From: Flavobacteriales bacterium
Lineage (GTDB): Bacteria > Bacteroidota > Bacteroidia > Flavobacteriales > Flavobacteriaceae
Direction: 5' to 3'
Length of the DNA: 32,550 nucleotides
Assembly: GCA_038258985.1 (NCBI GenBank)
Contig: JBBSPH010000001.1
Coordinates: 1 to 32,550, forward strand
Positions 17,711 to 27,081 of the stretch are shown here, piece after piece (within the stretch, counting starts at the first letter, position 1; each line of letters begins with the position of its first letter). The translations under genes and the position numbers were made by a program. A model generated the notes under the pieces. The model did not search any database and had not been told where the DNA came from. It saw only the letters and a list, made by a program, of their open reading frames with translations.

Positions 17711-18280
17711 ATGCCAGTAAAAATCAGATTACAGAGACACGGTAAAAAAGGAAAACCTTTCTATTGGATCGTTGCCGCAGATGCACGTTCAAAAAGAGAT
17801 GGTAAATACCTAGAAAAAATCGGTACCTATAACCCTAATACAAATCCAGCAACCATCAACCTAGATGTTGACGGTGCGGTAAAGTGGTTGGAGAATGGTG
17901 CACAACCTACTGACACAGCTCGTGCTATCTTAGGATACAAAGGGGCAATGTTGAAAAAACACCTGCAAGGTGGTGTAAGAAAAGGTGCGATTACGGAAGA
18001 GCAGATGGAAGAGAAATTCAACGCTTGGATGGAAGAGAAAGAAGGAAAGATATCTACAAAGGCATCTGGACTTTCTAAGGATGCAGACAAAAAAGCTGCA
18101 GATGCACTAGAAGCAGAGAAAGAAGTAAATAAGGCACGTATCGCTGCAAACGCTCCAGAACCAGAAGTTGCTGAAGAGCCTGTAGTTGAGGAAGCTCCTG
18201 CCGTTGAAGATGCGCCTGCGACTGACGCTCCAGTAGAAGAAGCTCCTGCTGCTGACACTGAAGCATCTGAAGAAAAATAA
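17711..18280 (+). CDS. rpsP: 30S ribosomal protein S16 with acidic Ala/Glu/Pro-rich tail
   Basis: MPVKIRLQRHGKKGKPFY..RDGKYLEKIGTYNP..GAQPTDT. Confidence 0.98.
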   Translation: MPVKIRLQRHGKKGKPFYWIVAADARSKRDGKYLEKIGTYNPNTNPATINLDVDGAVKWLENGAQPTDTARAILGYKGAMLKKHLQGGVRKGAITEEQMEEKFNAWMEEKEGKISTKASGLSKDADKKAADALEAEKEVNKARIAANAPEPEVAEEPVVEEAPAVEDAPATDAPVEEAPAADTEASEEK

Positions 18281-18291
18281 ATCGATACGTC

Positions 18292-18819
18292 ATGCGTAAG
18301 GATCAATGTTTTTACGTAGGTACGATTGTCAATAAATTTAGCTTTAAGGGCGAACTCCTAGTCAAACTTGACACAGATGAGCCAGAGCTATTTCTAGAAA
18401 TGGAATCAGTTTTTATCGAGATCGGTAAAAACTTGGTTCCATTTTTTGTGGAAAAAAGTCAGCTGCACAAATCACTCCTGCTGCGCGTCAAATTTGAAGA
18501 TGTTGATGATGAGCCTATGGCGGACAGTTTAATGAAACGTGAACTGTACCTACCGTTGACTGCATTGCCCAAACTAGAAGGAAATAAATTCTATTTCCAC
18601 GAGATCATAGAATTCGAAATGATAGACACAGCCTATGGTAACGTTGGCACTATAACTGGTGTGAACGATACAACTTCCCAAGCGTTGTTTGAGGTTGACC
18701 ATAATGGCGATCAGGTATTGATACCAGTTAATGATGAATTTATCGTAAGCCTGGATCGGGAGAACAAGACGATGACAGTTACTGCACCTGATGGGTTGAT
18801 TGAGTTGTATATTTCTTGA
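18292..18819 (+). CDS. rimM: ribosome maturation factor RimM
   Basis: follows rpsP; KGEL, FYFHEII, VLIP, PDGLIELY. Confidence 0.95.
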   Translation: MRKDQCFYVGTIVNKFSFKGELLVKLDTDEPELFLEMESVFIEIGKNLVPFFVEKSQLHKSLLLRVKFEDVDDEPMADSLMKRELYLPLTALPKLEGNKFYFHEIIEFEMIDTAYGNVGTITGVNDTTSQALFEVDHNGDQVLIPVNDEFIVSLDRENKTMTVTAPDGLIELYIS

Positions 18820-18865
18820 GCAACTCAATAAGTCAAAAGCAACTTCAAGAATTATCTATAGAAAA

Positions 18866-19173
18866 TTAAATATTGAAAGATTGTAGAAGTTTCCTTGGAT
18901 CCTGTCGATTATCCCAAAAACCGATGATAACTATCTCTGATAATCTTATTTGGTAATAGATACTGTAGTAACTCAATATAATTGCACGAGTATCATTGAA
19001 GTTGGTTTGCTTACCCATTTCAGGATAATTAGAAAGTAAGTCTAACGCTCGACAATTTTCTAATTTAAAGACTTAGAGTAATATTCTGTTTTATTCCGTT
19101 CATTCCAGTAGGAAAAAATTCCATCACGTTGGCTTATTGCAATTTTTGTCCATAGAATAATTAATCCATCCAC
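18866..19173 (-). pseudogene. RelE/ParE family toxin, inactivated
   Basis: GTG start overlaps the antitoxin end; ILWTKIAISQRDGIFSYWNERNKTEYYS then TAG (19060-19062), 1-nt frameshift near 19043, then LLSNYPEMGK..YSIYY..IIGFWDNRQDP..* typical of Bacteroidota RelE/ParE. Confidence 0.8.
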
Positions 19174-19394
19174 TTAGCATCTTCTTTTCTTAAGTCTTCA
19201 TCTGATATTAAATTTCCATTCTCGATATCTTTTTCACCCAACATTAAAAGCTCAATTTGATACGAATTCAGAATTAATCTATCTTCAGATTCAGTAGAAG
19301 ACAATATGGCTTCAATGCCGCTAAGCAATTGCTCATTTTGAGCCAACATTATTTTATCTATAAGCCTAGTTTTTAAATGTTCCAATGTTTCCAT
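19161..19394 (-). CDS. putative antitoxin (addiction module component)
   Basis: 77 aa acidic protein with LKTRLIDKI..GEKDIENGNLIS..KW, directly upstream of the RelE/ParE remnant. Confidence 0.72.
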   Translation of the reverse strand: METLEHLKTRLIDKIMLAQNEQLLSGIEAILSSTESEDRLILNSYQIELLMLGEKDIENGNLISDEDLRKEDAKWMD

Positions 19395-19509
19395 CTTCTA
19401 GTTTTTATTAAAAGTCGCCTAATTTATTTTGTCAGGCAAGTTCCTAGCAAATAACTACACTGGACTTAGGGCATTAAATATCTTTACCCAGGAAAAAATA
19501 TGCAAATTC

Positions 19510-20265
19510 ATGTTCAAATTCAAACAATTCGCCGTCGTGCAGGATCAATGCGCACAAAAGATCGGGACAGATGCAGTACTTCTTGGAGCATGGGTGAATC
19601 CCATAGATAAACCATATTCTATCCTCGATATAGGTACAGGCACTGGTGTTATTGCTTTGATGATGGCGCAACGATTTTCCAGCGCTCAAGTGGATGCGAT
19701 GGAGATTGATGATGCTGCATTTGAGCAGGCGACCAGTAATTTTGAGAACAGCCCATTTGCAGACCGTTTGCATTGCTATCACGCCAGCTTTCAGGAATTT
19801 TATGAAGAAGTAGAAGAGCGTTATAATCTCATTGTTTCAAACCCGCCCTATTTTGATGGAAACCTAAAACGCGACGATCAAATAATTGATATAAAAAGAC
19901 AGCAGGCACGTTTTGATGATGCCCTACCATTTGAAGAACTGGTCTATGGCGTTTACAAATTGCTGGAAACTGATGGAACGTTTGCCTGTATTATTCCTTC
20001 AGATCGTGAAATCGAGTTTTTGAAGATAACAACTCATTTTCAATTGTTTGCAACGCGCAGGACTTATGTTAAAGGCACGGAATCCAGTCCTGTGAAACGG
20101 GTGTTGATGGAATTTCGCTTTCGCGAAAGCGGAAACGAACAAGAACCCGAAACTAAAATTGAAGTCGCTGATCGTACGATATCGTACCTGACCATTGAAA
20201 ATTCCCGTCACGACTATACCGATGCGTATATCAACCTAACCAAAGATTTCTATCTTAAAATGTAG
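19510..20265 (+). CDS. tRNA1(Val) (adenine37-N6)-methyltransferase family
   Basis: MFKFKQF start, KIGTDAVLLGAW, LDIGTGTG, VSNPPYF, LTKDFYL; start set at ATG 19510. Confidence 0.9.
   Translation: MFKFKQFAVVQDQCAQKIGTDAVLLGAWVNPIDKPYSILDIGTGTGVIALMMAQRFSSAQVDAMEIDDAAFEQATSNFENSPFADRLHCYHASFQEFYEEVEERYNLIVSNPPYFDGNLKRDDQIIDIKRQQARFDDALPFEELVYGVYKLLETDGTFACIIPSDREIEFLKITTHFQLFATRRTYVKGTESSPVKRVLMEFRFRESGNEQEPETKIEVADRTISYLTIENSRHDYTDAYINLTKDFYLKM
20116..20131. repeat. dispersed palindrome copy 6 (in methyltransferase, read RFRESG)
   Basis: CGCTTTCGCGAAAGCG perfect 16-mer. Confidence 0.9.
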
Positions 20266-20336
20266 CATGTTCTTTTTAAAGGTAGCTGTAGACCCCTATC
20301 TTTACAGGAAGCGCCGTGGCGCGTAAATTGACTGCT

Positions 20337-21515
20337 ATGAAACCTGACTTATTCGAGGCTCCCGATTATTACCAACTCGACGATCTACTGACCGAAGAAC
20401 ATAAAATGATACGCGATGCCGCAAGGACATGGGTTAAACGCGACGTGTCTCCCATTATTGAAGAAGCTGCCCAAAAAGCCGAGTTTCCCAAAAGTATTAT
20501 TCCTGGACTGGCATCCATAGGTGCATTCGGCCCATACATTCCAGAGGAGTATGGTGGTCCGGGTCTGGACCAGATTTCTTACGGCCTTATCATGCAGGAA
20601 TTGGAGCGTGGCGATAGTGGCGTTAGATCTACCGCGTCTGTGCAATCATCGCTGGTCATGTATCCCATCTGGAAATATGGCAGTGAAGAGCAAAAAAAGA
20701 AGTTTTTACCAAAACTCGCAAGTGGTGAGTTTATGGGATCTTTTGGTTTGACCGAGCCTGATTCTGGGTCTGATCCAGGAAGTATGATTACTAGATTCAA
20801 GGATGCTGGTGATCACGTAATTCTCAATGGTGCTAAAATGTGGATTTCCAACAGTCCGTTTTGCGATGTTGCAGTCGTGTGGGCAAAGGATGAAAACGAT
20901 CGCATACACGGTGTGATTGTAGAACGCGGTATGGAAGGTTTTACCACGCCAGAAACGCATAACAAATGGTCGTTGCGCGCCAGCGCAACTGGTGAGTTGA
21001 TATTTCAAGATGTAAAAGTGCCTAAATCAAATATACTACCTGGCCGTACCGGACTAGGCGCGCCACTAAGTTGTTTAGATAGCGCGCGTTTTGGCATCGC
21101 TTGGGGCGCGATAGGCGCTGCGATGGATTGCTACGATACCGCTTTGCGTTACAGCAAGGAGAGAAGGCAATTCGGCAAGCCGATTGCGGGTTTTCAATTG
21201 CAACAAAAGAAACTTGCTGAGATGATTACCGAAATCACCAAAGCACAACTGCTCGCCTGGCGACTAGGTGTATTGCGGGAAGAAGGCAAAGCCACCAGTG
21301 CACAGATCTCCATGGCCAAAAGAAATAATGTTGAGATCGCCATCAACATCGCCCGTGAGGCGAGACAGATTCTTGGCGGTATGGGAATTACCGGTGAGTA
21401 CAGCATTATGCGCCACAGTATGAATCTGGAAAGTGTGATTACCTATGAGGGCACGCACGATATTCACTTGTTGATTACAGGGCTGGATATTACCGGCGAG
21501 AATGCATTTGCTTAA
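20337..21515 (+). CDS. acyl-CoA dehydrogenase (glutaryl-CoA dehydrogenase-like)
   Basis: ELERGDSGVRS, FGLTEPDSGSDP, GAKMWISNS, TYEGTHDIH; start may be GTG 20316 or ATG 20337. Confidence 0.92.
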   Translation: MKPDLFEAPDYYQLDDLLTEEHKMIRDAARTWVKRDVSPIIEEAAQKAEFPKSIIPGLASIGAFGPYIPEEYGGPGLDQISYGLIMQELERGDSGVRSTASVQSSLVMYPIWKYGSEEQKKKFLPKLASGEFMGSFGLTEPDSGSDPGSMITRFKDAGDHVILNGAKMWISNSPFCDVAVVWAKDENDRIHGVIVERGMEGFTTPETHNKWSLRASATGELIFQDVKVPKSNILPGRTGLGAPLSCLDSARFGIAWGAIGAAMDCYDTALRYSKERRQFGKPIAGFQLQQKKLAEMITEITKAQLLAWRLGVLREEGKATSAQISMAKRNNVEIAINIAREARQILGGMGITGEYSIMRHSMNLESVITYEGTHDIHLLITGLDITGENAFA

Positions 21516-21615
21516 ACACCAACACAGAAAACGCGGTTACTAGTTTTAAGACTTTTAGTGTAAGAATTGGCTGTAAGGCATTATGTTTGACAACACGATC
21601 AAACAACCATGTAAA

Positions 21616-22164
21616 ATGAAACATTATTTCTTTATCACGGCAACTTTATTGCTGTCCGCTATTTCCTTTGCTCAAAGTCTAGATCAAAATATAACTAAAG
21701 CTGATTTTGACAACGAGACGATTTATAGGATTAATCTCTTATACCCCAGCCTTGAAATAGAAAAGGACATAGCGCCTACTATCTCTATTCTAGCAAACGC
21801 AGGTGTGGCTCCTATTTACTATGATCAAGGAGGTTTTTTCAGCGAGAATGTATCTGGTTTTATATTCCCTTTTCAATTTGAGTTGGCTGGAAGATTTTAC
21901 ACTAATTTCAACAGAAGATTGCGTTTAGAAAAAACTATTGTTAACAATAGCGGGAATTACATAGCCTTAAGTTTTGCAAACATATTGGAGGCGGATAATG
22001 ATGAGGTTCGAGTTGATGGTTCTTCCTCTATCATCACAGCTTATGGAATACAGCGAACTTACTGGAAGCATTTTAATCTCAACTTTCAGACAGGTTTAGG
22101 GTATGACTTCCAGCAAAATGAAGCTGCTGCACAATTGATTTTGAAGTTAGGCTATACGTTCTAG
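21616..22164 (+). CDS. small outer-membrane beta-barrel protein
   Basis: signal peptide MKHYFF..SFAQ, YGIQRTY, C-terminal LGYTF. Confidence 0.7.
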   Translation: MKHYFFITATLLLSAISFAQSLDQNITKADFDNETIYRINLLYPSLEIEKDIAPTISILANAGVAPIYYDQGGFFSENVSGFIFPFQFELAGRFYTNFNRRLRLEKTIVNNSGNYIALSFANILEADNDEVRVDGSSSIITAYGIQRTYWKHFNLNFQTGLGYDFQQNEAAAQLILKLGYTF

Positions 22165-22295
22165 TTAATCCTATATTAAAGAAATCCATGGCTGGTTGTT
22201 TCTTGCATCCAGCCTTTATTTTTGTAAAAAAATTCATGCAGGAGCAATTAAATGAGGCTATCTCGCTTTCAAGGAGTGAAACGACGAAGAAGTTT

Positions 22296-23063
22296 ATGTT
22301 GAGCATTGCCGAAATACGAAAACGATTACTTCAACATCCTCTGTACACCTCCATAAAAACCACCGCAGACCTACAGATATTCATGCAGTCGCATGTCTAT
22401 GCAGTTTGGGATTTCATGTCTCTTTTGAAGACCCTGCAACAACACTTAACCTGTACTACACTGCCCTGGCATCCTAAGGGCGATACCCGGTTGCGGTATT
22501 TAATCAACGAGATCGTCCTTGCCGAGGAAACTGATGAGGATCTGCAAGGTAAACGTTCTAGCCACTATGAAATGTACCTAGACGCAATGCAGGTTGCTGG
22601 TATAAACACCGCCCAGGTTGAAAAAGAAATAGAAAACTGGACTTCCATTACTCAAATTTTGGAAGCCACCCAGAGCGGCAAATTGGATAAACATATCAGC
22701 CAATTTTTAAATAACACCTTTACCGTCATACAGCGTGGCAAGGCACATGAGATTGCAGCTGCCTTTACCTATGGCCGTGAGGATCTGATTCCAGAGATGT
22801 TTACTGAAATCATCGGCGGGCTAGAGAAATCTGAAGTATCGATAGATCTTTCTAAAATCAAATATTATTTTGACCGTCATATAGAGCTGGATGGTGATGA
22901 GCATGGCCCGATGGCGCATAAAATGGTAGCATTACTTTGCGGTGATGATCAAGAAAAATGGGATGAGGCAAGTGAGGTGAGCCAGCAAGCCTTGGAAAGT
23001 CGCTATGAATTATTTAGTGGAATCTTGGAGAAAATTCAGAATAGAATAGAGAATAGAGAATAG
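22296..23063 (+). CDS. DUF3050-like heme-oxygenase-fold protein
   Basis: HVYAVWDFMSLLK, INEIVLAEETD, SHYEMY, RHIELDGDEHGP; start uncertain (22236 or 22296). Confidence 0.8.
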   Translation: MLSIAEIRKRLLQHPLYTSIKTTADLQIFMQSHVYAVWDFMSLLKTLQQHLTCTTLPWHPKGDTRLRYLINEIVLAEETDEDLQGKRSSHYEMYLDAMQVAGINTAQVEKEIENWTSITQILEATQSGKLDKHISQFLNNTFTVIQRGKAHEIAAAFTYGREDLIPEMFTEIIGGLEKSEVSIDLSKIKYYFDRHIELDGDEHGPMAHKMVALLCGDDQEKWDEASEVSQQALESRYELFSGILEKIQNRIENRE

Positions 23064-23077
23064 AGAATAGAGATTAG
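23043..23077 (+). repeat. heptamer tandem repeat (AGAATAG)x4 + AGATTAG spanning the stop codon
   Basis: read directly from the sequence. Confidence 0.9.
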
Positions 23078-23153
23078 AAGTTTTAAAAATAGCGGGAATG
23101 ACAAATTTAATCAGTCTAAACGGCTACTGAATTCCATCAAATTACAAATTCTC

Positions 23154-23188
23154 GATTTGAGTTTTGGATTTTGGGATTTGAGATTTAT
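23154..23188 (+). repeat. degenerate heptamer tandem repeat (GATTTGA/ATTTTGG)
   Basis: GATTTGA GTTTTGG ATTTTGG GATTTGA GATTTAT. Confidence 0.65.
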
Positions 23189-23194
23189 AATCTG

Positions 23195-23482
23195 CTACCT
23201 ATCCATATCGATATGATCGCGGTATTCCTCCTTATCCACTGCTCCTGAAATATCAATGACCGTTTTAATTTGAGGCGCATGTTTTTTGACAGTCAGCTCA
23301 ACTCCAGATTTGAGGGTCATTTGGTTGACGTGGCAACCCACACAAGTTCCCAATAACCGGACCTTAACATCTGTACCATCGGTAATGGAGACAAGTTCAA
23401 TGTCGCCGCCATCACGTTGCAGAAAAGGCCTGATTTCTTCCAGTCCTGCCTCTACTGCTGCTTTAAGTTCGGTATCGTTCAT
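23195..23482 (-). CDS. NifU/NfuA family Fe-S carrier
   Basis: IRPFLQRDGGDIELV, GTCVGC (CxxC), TLKSGVE. Confidence 0.92.
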   Translation of the reverse strand: MNDTELKAAVEAGLEEIRPFLQRDGGDIELVSITDGTDVKVRLLGTCVGCHVNQMTLKSGVELTVKKHAPQIKTVIDISGAVDKEEYRDHIDMDR

Positions 23483-24624
23483 TATCGTTTCTTATTTACG
23501 GGAATACAACCAGCCATCGTAGTTATTTTCACTGCCTCAGTGGGCGGCATTTGGTCGTTTCGGCGCACAGTTTCTGTTACCACATTTCTAGTAATATCAA
23601 TAAATGCCTTTTCAATATCAGTTCCTTCTTGAAGTGCTGCAGGACGGCCTATGTCACCTGCCTCCCGTATGCTTTGAATCAATGGTAACTCTCCCAAAAA
23701 TGGTATGTCTAGATCTTCCGCGAGATGTCTCGCGCCATCTTTGCCAAATATATGGTATCGCTTTTCTGGCATATCTGGTGGTGTAAAATAAGCCATATTC
23801 TCTATGATTCCCAAGACTGGCACATTGATGCTTTCCTGCTGAAACATAGCTACTCCCTTGCGGGCATCTGCCAATGCAACCGTTTGTGGCGTGCTTACCA
23901 CAACTGCTCCAGTTAACGGCAACGCTTGCATGATACTCAAATGAATATCACCGGTTCCTGGAGGCAAGTCTACAAGCAAAAAATCAAGCTTACCCCAGTC
24001 TGCATCAAAAATCATCTGGTTCAATGCCTTGCTGGCCATCGGGCCTCGCCATACAACAGCTTGATCCAATTTTGTAAAGAAACCAATGGACAGCACCTTC
24101 ACGCCATAGCTCTCGACCGGTTTCATTTTTGACTTCCCATCGACGGTGACAGATAATGGACGTTCATTGACTACATCAAACATGATAGTAGCAGATGGAC
24201 CATAAATATCAGCATCCAGTAGGCCAACTTTAAAGCCCATTTTAGAAAGCGTCACGGCAAGGTTTGCGGTTACGGTTGATTTACCAACACCACCCTTTCC
24301 AGAAGCCACGGCAATAATACTGTCAATGCCTGGGATTGGTTTCCCCTTGATTTCTGGAGCGTTGTTCTCTTTTACCGGTGCCTCTACCTTTAGGTTCACC
24401 TTTACTTTTGCCGTCTCAAATTTATCTTGGATTACGCGAATGATGGATGCCTCGGCATTCTTTTTAGCCTGCAGGGCAGGGTTTGTTATGGTGATATCCA
24501 CGATAACCTCATCGCCGAAAACCAGCACATTCTTCACCGCACCACTCTCTACCATGTTCTGACCTTCACCAGGAACGCTAATGGTTTCCAGCGCCTGTAA
24601 CACATCTTTCTTTTCTATCTTCAT
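23482..24624 (-). CDS. mrp: Mrp/NBP35 (ApbC) Fe-S cluster carrier ATPase
   Basis: SGKGGVGKST, DADIYGPS, WRGPM, DLPPGTGD, ENMAYF. Confidence 0.95.
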   Translation of the reverse strand: MKIEKKDVLQALETISVPGEGQNMVESGAVKNVLVFGDEVIVDITITNPALQAKKNAEASIIRVIQDKFETAKVKVNLKVEAPVKENNAPEIKGKPIPGIDSIIAVASGKGGVGKSTVTANLAVTLSKMGFKVGLLDADIYGPSATIMFDVVNERPLSVTVDGKSKMKPVESYGVKVLSIGFFTKLDQAVVWRGPMASKALNQMIFDADWGKLDFLLVDLPPGTGDIHLSIMQALPLTGAVVVSTPQTVALADARKGVAMFQQESINVPVLGIIENMAYFTPPDMPEKRYHIFGKDGARHLAEDLDIPFLGELPLIQSIREAGDIGRPAALQEGTDIEKAFIDITRNVVTETVRRNDQMPPTEAVKITTMAGCIPVNKKR

Positions 24625-24641
24625 TTTGCTTGCAATTGCTA

Positions 24642-24649
24642 CAAAGATA
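24642..24649 (-). promoter_or_regulatory. -7 promoter element for the mrp operon
   Basis: TATCTTTG 17 nt upstream of the ATG. Confidence 0.55.
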
Positions 24650-24710
24650 AGGTCTAACGACTGGTATTGAAAATGATTCTAAATTGTTTCGTATCCATAA
24701 TTTGCATTAG

Positions 24711-24736
24711 TAGTTCGCTTTCGCGAAAGTGAACTA
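24711..24736. repeat. dispersed palindrome copy 7, extended to 26 bp (divergent mrp/CBS spacer)
   Basis: TAGTTCGCTTTCGCGAAAGtGAACTA, one mismatch. Confidence 0.85.
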
Positions 24737-24882
24737 AATCCAATGTCAATGCTATTAAGGGATAACTGGTAAACTAAATCGATTCAAACCTAAATGTGTT
24801 AATTTTTAACTGATGTAGTAATAAGACTCCTAATTAACAAAGAATTACCTAACTTACTAGACTATATTTTAAACATATCATT

Positions 24883-25347
24883 ATGGGCATCAAAAGTTTT
24901 ATGGGACGTCGTGCGGAGACCACGGAAAATAAGCGGGAAGCAATACGTGTAAAAGATTACATGAAGCGCAAACTCATCACTTTTTCTAAAGACCAGAATA
25001 TTAATGAGGTGATGGAAACGATTCTTAAACAGCGCATCACGGGTGGGCCAGTTGTTGACGAAAATCAAAATTTGATAGGTATTATCAGTGATACAGATCT
25101 GATGCAGGTGATAGGCGACAGTCGTTACCACAATATGCCCGTAGGTGATAAAACAGTGGGCGATTACATGAGTTCACAAGTTTCTACTATTGATGCAGAG
25201 GCAGATATATTCGAGGCCGCCGCGCGATTTTTAAAAACCGGCCACCGTCGTTTTCCCGTTATTGAAAATGGAAAACTTATAGGTCAAATCTCACGGATGG
25301 ATGTAATCATCGCAGCTACGAACCTGAAAAAAAATCACTGGCACTGA
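24883..25347 (+). CDS. CBS-domain pair protein
   Basis: VKDYM..ITGGPVVD..LIGIISDTD; VGDYM..RRFPVIE..LIGQISRMD. Confidence 0.92.
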   Translation: MGIKSFMGRRAETTENKREAIRVKDYMKRKLITFSKDQNINEVMETILKQRITGGPVVDENQNLIGIISDTDLMQVIGDSRYHNMPVGDKTVGDYMSSQVSTIDAEADIFEAAARFLKTGHRRFPVIENGKLIGQISRMDVIIAATNLKKNHWH

Positions 25348-25413
25348 TCAGTTATCAAAAGATTTTAAGTTCATATCCCAAAGCAAAATTCTGCATTCTG
25401 AATTAAAAGCTGA

Positions 25414-25914
25414 TCAATACTTGATCTCTAAAATTTCTAACTGGCGTACTTCAGTACCCAACTTAAATTCCACCGTTTCTCCTACGTGAGCACCTGCAAG
25501 CGCTTTTGCAATGGGCGTGGTGAAGGCTATTTTCCCACTGGAGACATCTGCTTCATCGACTCCAACGATCGTTATGTTCTGAACTGCACTAACCGATTTG
25601 TTTTTAAACTTGACCATTGCACCGAATCGAACTTCATCCTGCGCCTGATCTTCTGGTTCCAGAATCCTGGCGCTCGCTATTCTTTCTTTTAGTAACTTGA
25701 TCTTACCGTGCAGAAGGGTTTGAGAACGACGTAAATCAGTTTCATTCTCGTTGTTTAAATTACCTAGCTCATGTTCAAGATCCTGTAATTCTGTATCTAA
25801 TTGGTTTTTACCGTTGGGAGTGACGTAGTTAATTGCACCATCTGGCAATACTGCGCGCGATGGTATGACGACGGGTTCTTCCTGATCTCCTTCTTTGACA
25901 AATCCTCTACTCAT
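25414..25914 (-). CDS. GreA/GreB family elongation factor paralog
   Basis: NYVTPNG, VRFGAMV, IVGVDEAD..KIAFTTPIAKAL. Confidence 0.85.
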   Translation of the reverse strand: MSRGFVKEGDQEEPVVIPSRAVLPDGAINYVTPNGKNQLDTELQDLEHELGNLNNENETDLRRSQTLLHGKIKLLKERIASARILEPEDQAQDEVRFGAMVKFKNKSVSAVQNITIVGVDEADVSSGKIAFTTPIAKALAGAHVGETVEFKLGTEVRQLEILEIKY

Positions 25915-26273
25915 TCTGCATAGGTTTTGAGTACATTGACATCAGTGTATTCGAGTGCTTTTTGGTCGGTAGCCTTAAGATCAACATAGGGCGCACAGCC
26001 CGCCTTTTCTGCCTCTAGCCAGCGGTTAACGCACAAACACCACTTATCGCCAGGTTGCAAACCCGGAAACTGGAATTGAGGAATGGGCGTGGAAAGGTCG
26101 TTCCCCTTAGATTTTGTAAACTCAAGGAATTCTCTGGTCATTACAGCACACACCACGTGTGTTCCCGTGTCGGCATTTGAGGTTCTACAGTAACCGTCTC
26201 TATAAAATCCCGTCATGGGATCAGTACAACAACCAATGAGTTTCTCCCCTAATACATTTTTATGTCCGTTCAT
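25911..26273 (-). CDS. DUF2237-like cysteine-rich protein
   Basis: NVLGE..C..DPMTGFYRDGYC, GNDLSTP, FPGLQPGDKWCLC. Confidence 0.85.
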   Translation of the reverse strand: MNGHKNVLGEKLIGCCTDPMTGFYRDGYCRTSNADTGTHVVCAVMTREFLEFTKSKGNDLSTPIPQFQFPGLQPGDKWCLCVNRWLEAEKAGCAPYVDLKATDQKALEYTDVNVLKTYAE

Positions 26274-26358
26274 TATCGCAATTACTTTTGATTAACCTTT
26301 CTGGATTTTCCCATCCAAATTTCTGAATCGATTGCCTTAAAAATAAAAAGTTGACTGG

Positions 26359-27081
26359 TTATAAGCCCAACTGTTCTTTAAACTTTAAGGTTTGTCTTCT
26401 GGAAACCTCTACCGTGATGTCGTTCTTGAGCGTAATTTTTAAGGTGTTATTGAAATAGGGATCTATGGATTTGATGTGGTCTAGGTTAACAATTTGTTGT
26501 CGATTCACCCGAAAGTAATTGACCTCGTTCAGCTTTTCCGCAATTTGATTGAGGGATTTGTAGATCATGGGTTTGTTCTGTTCCCAGAAGACCTTGGTAT
26601 AGTTCCCATCCACTTCAAATAGCGAAATCTGATTCAGCTTCACCATCCAGCAACTATCGCCATCTTTAATGAACAGCTGACTTTCAGGTGTCAATTTTTG
26701 ATGATCTGTTATACGCTTTTCTTCCAGTTGAAGCAGGACTTTCTGAATGCTTTTCCCAAATCGCTCTGTACTAATGGGCTTGAGTAAGTAATCGAATGCG
26801 TTGTATTCAAAAGATTTGATGGCATACTCGTCATAAGCGGTAGTGAAGATAACTGTAGGAACATCATCCAGCATTTCTAGCAAGTCAAACCCGTTCTTGC
26901 CCGGCATGTTGATGTCCAGAAAAATAAGATCTGGACGATGTTCTGTAATTAGCGCATAGGCTTGATCTACATTTTCAGCTTCGGCGAGCACCTGTATTTG
27001 TGGATGCTGTTTGAGCAACTCTTTCAACTCGTTGCGGGCTAGCCTACTATCTTCTACAATGATTGCTCCGACTGTATTCAT
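26359..27081 (-). CDS. LytTR family response regulator
   Basis: receiver FLDINMPG, FTTAYDEYA, DYLLKP; LytTR FRVNRQQIVNL, VSRR. Confidence 0.95.
   Translation of the reverse strand: MNTVGAIIVEDSRLARNELKELLKQHPQIQVLAEAENVDQAYALITEHRPDLIFLDINMPGKNGFDLLEMLDDVPTVIFTTAYDEYAIKSFEYNAFDYLLKPISTERFGKSIQKVLLQLEEKRITDHQKLTPESQLFIKDGDSCWMVKLNQISLFEVDGNYTKVFWEQNKPMIYKSLNQIAEKLNEVNYFRVNRQQIVNLDHIKSIDPYFNNTLKITLKNDITVEVSRRQTLKFKEQLGL

Noticed and set aside
17827-18306. 159-aa Ser/Ala-rich antisense ORF
   Set aside because: Shadow of the low-complexity RpsP tail; long S16 tails are common in Bacteroidota.
22264-22279. CGCTTTCAAGGAGTG as a twelfth palindrome copy
   Set aside because: Only the left arm matches; too degenerate to count.
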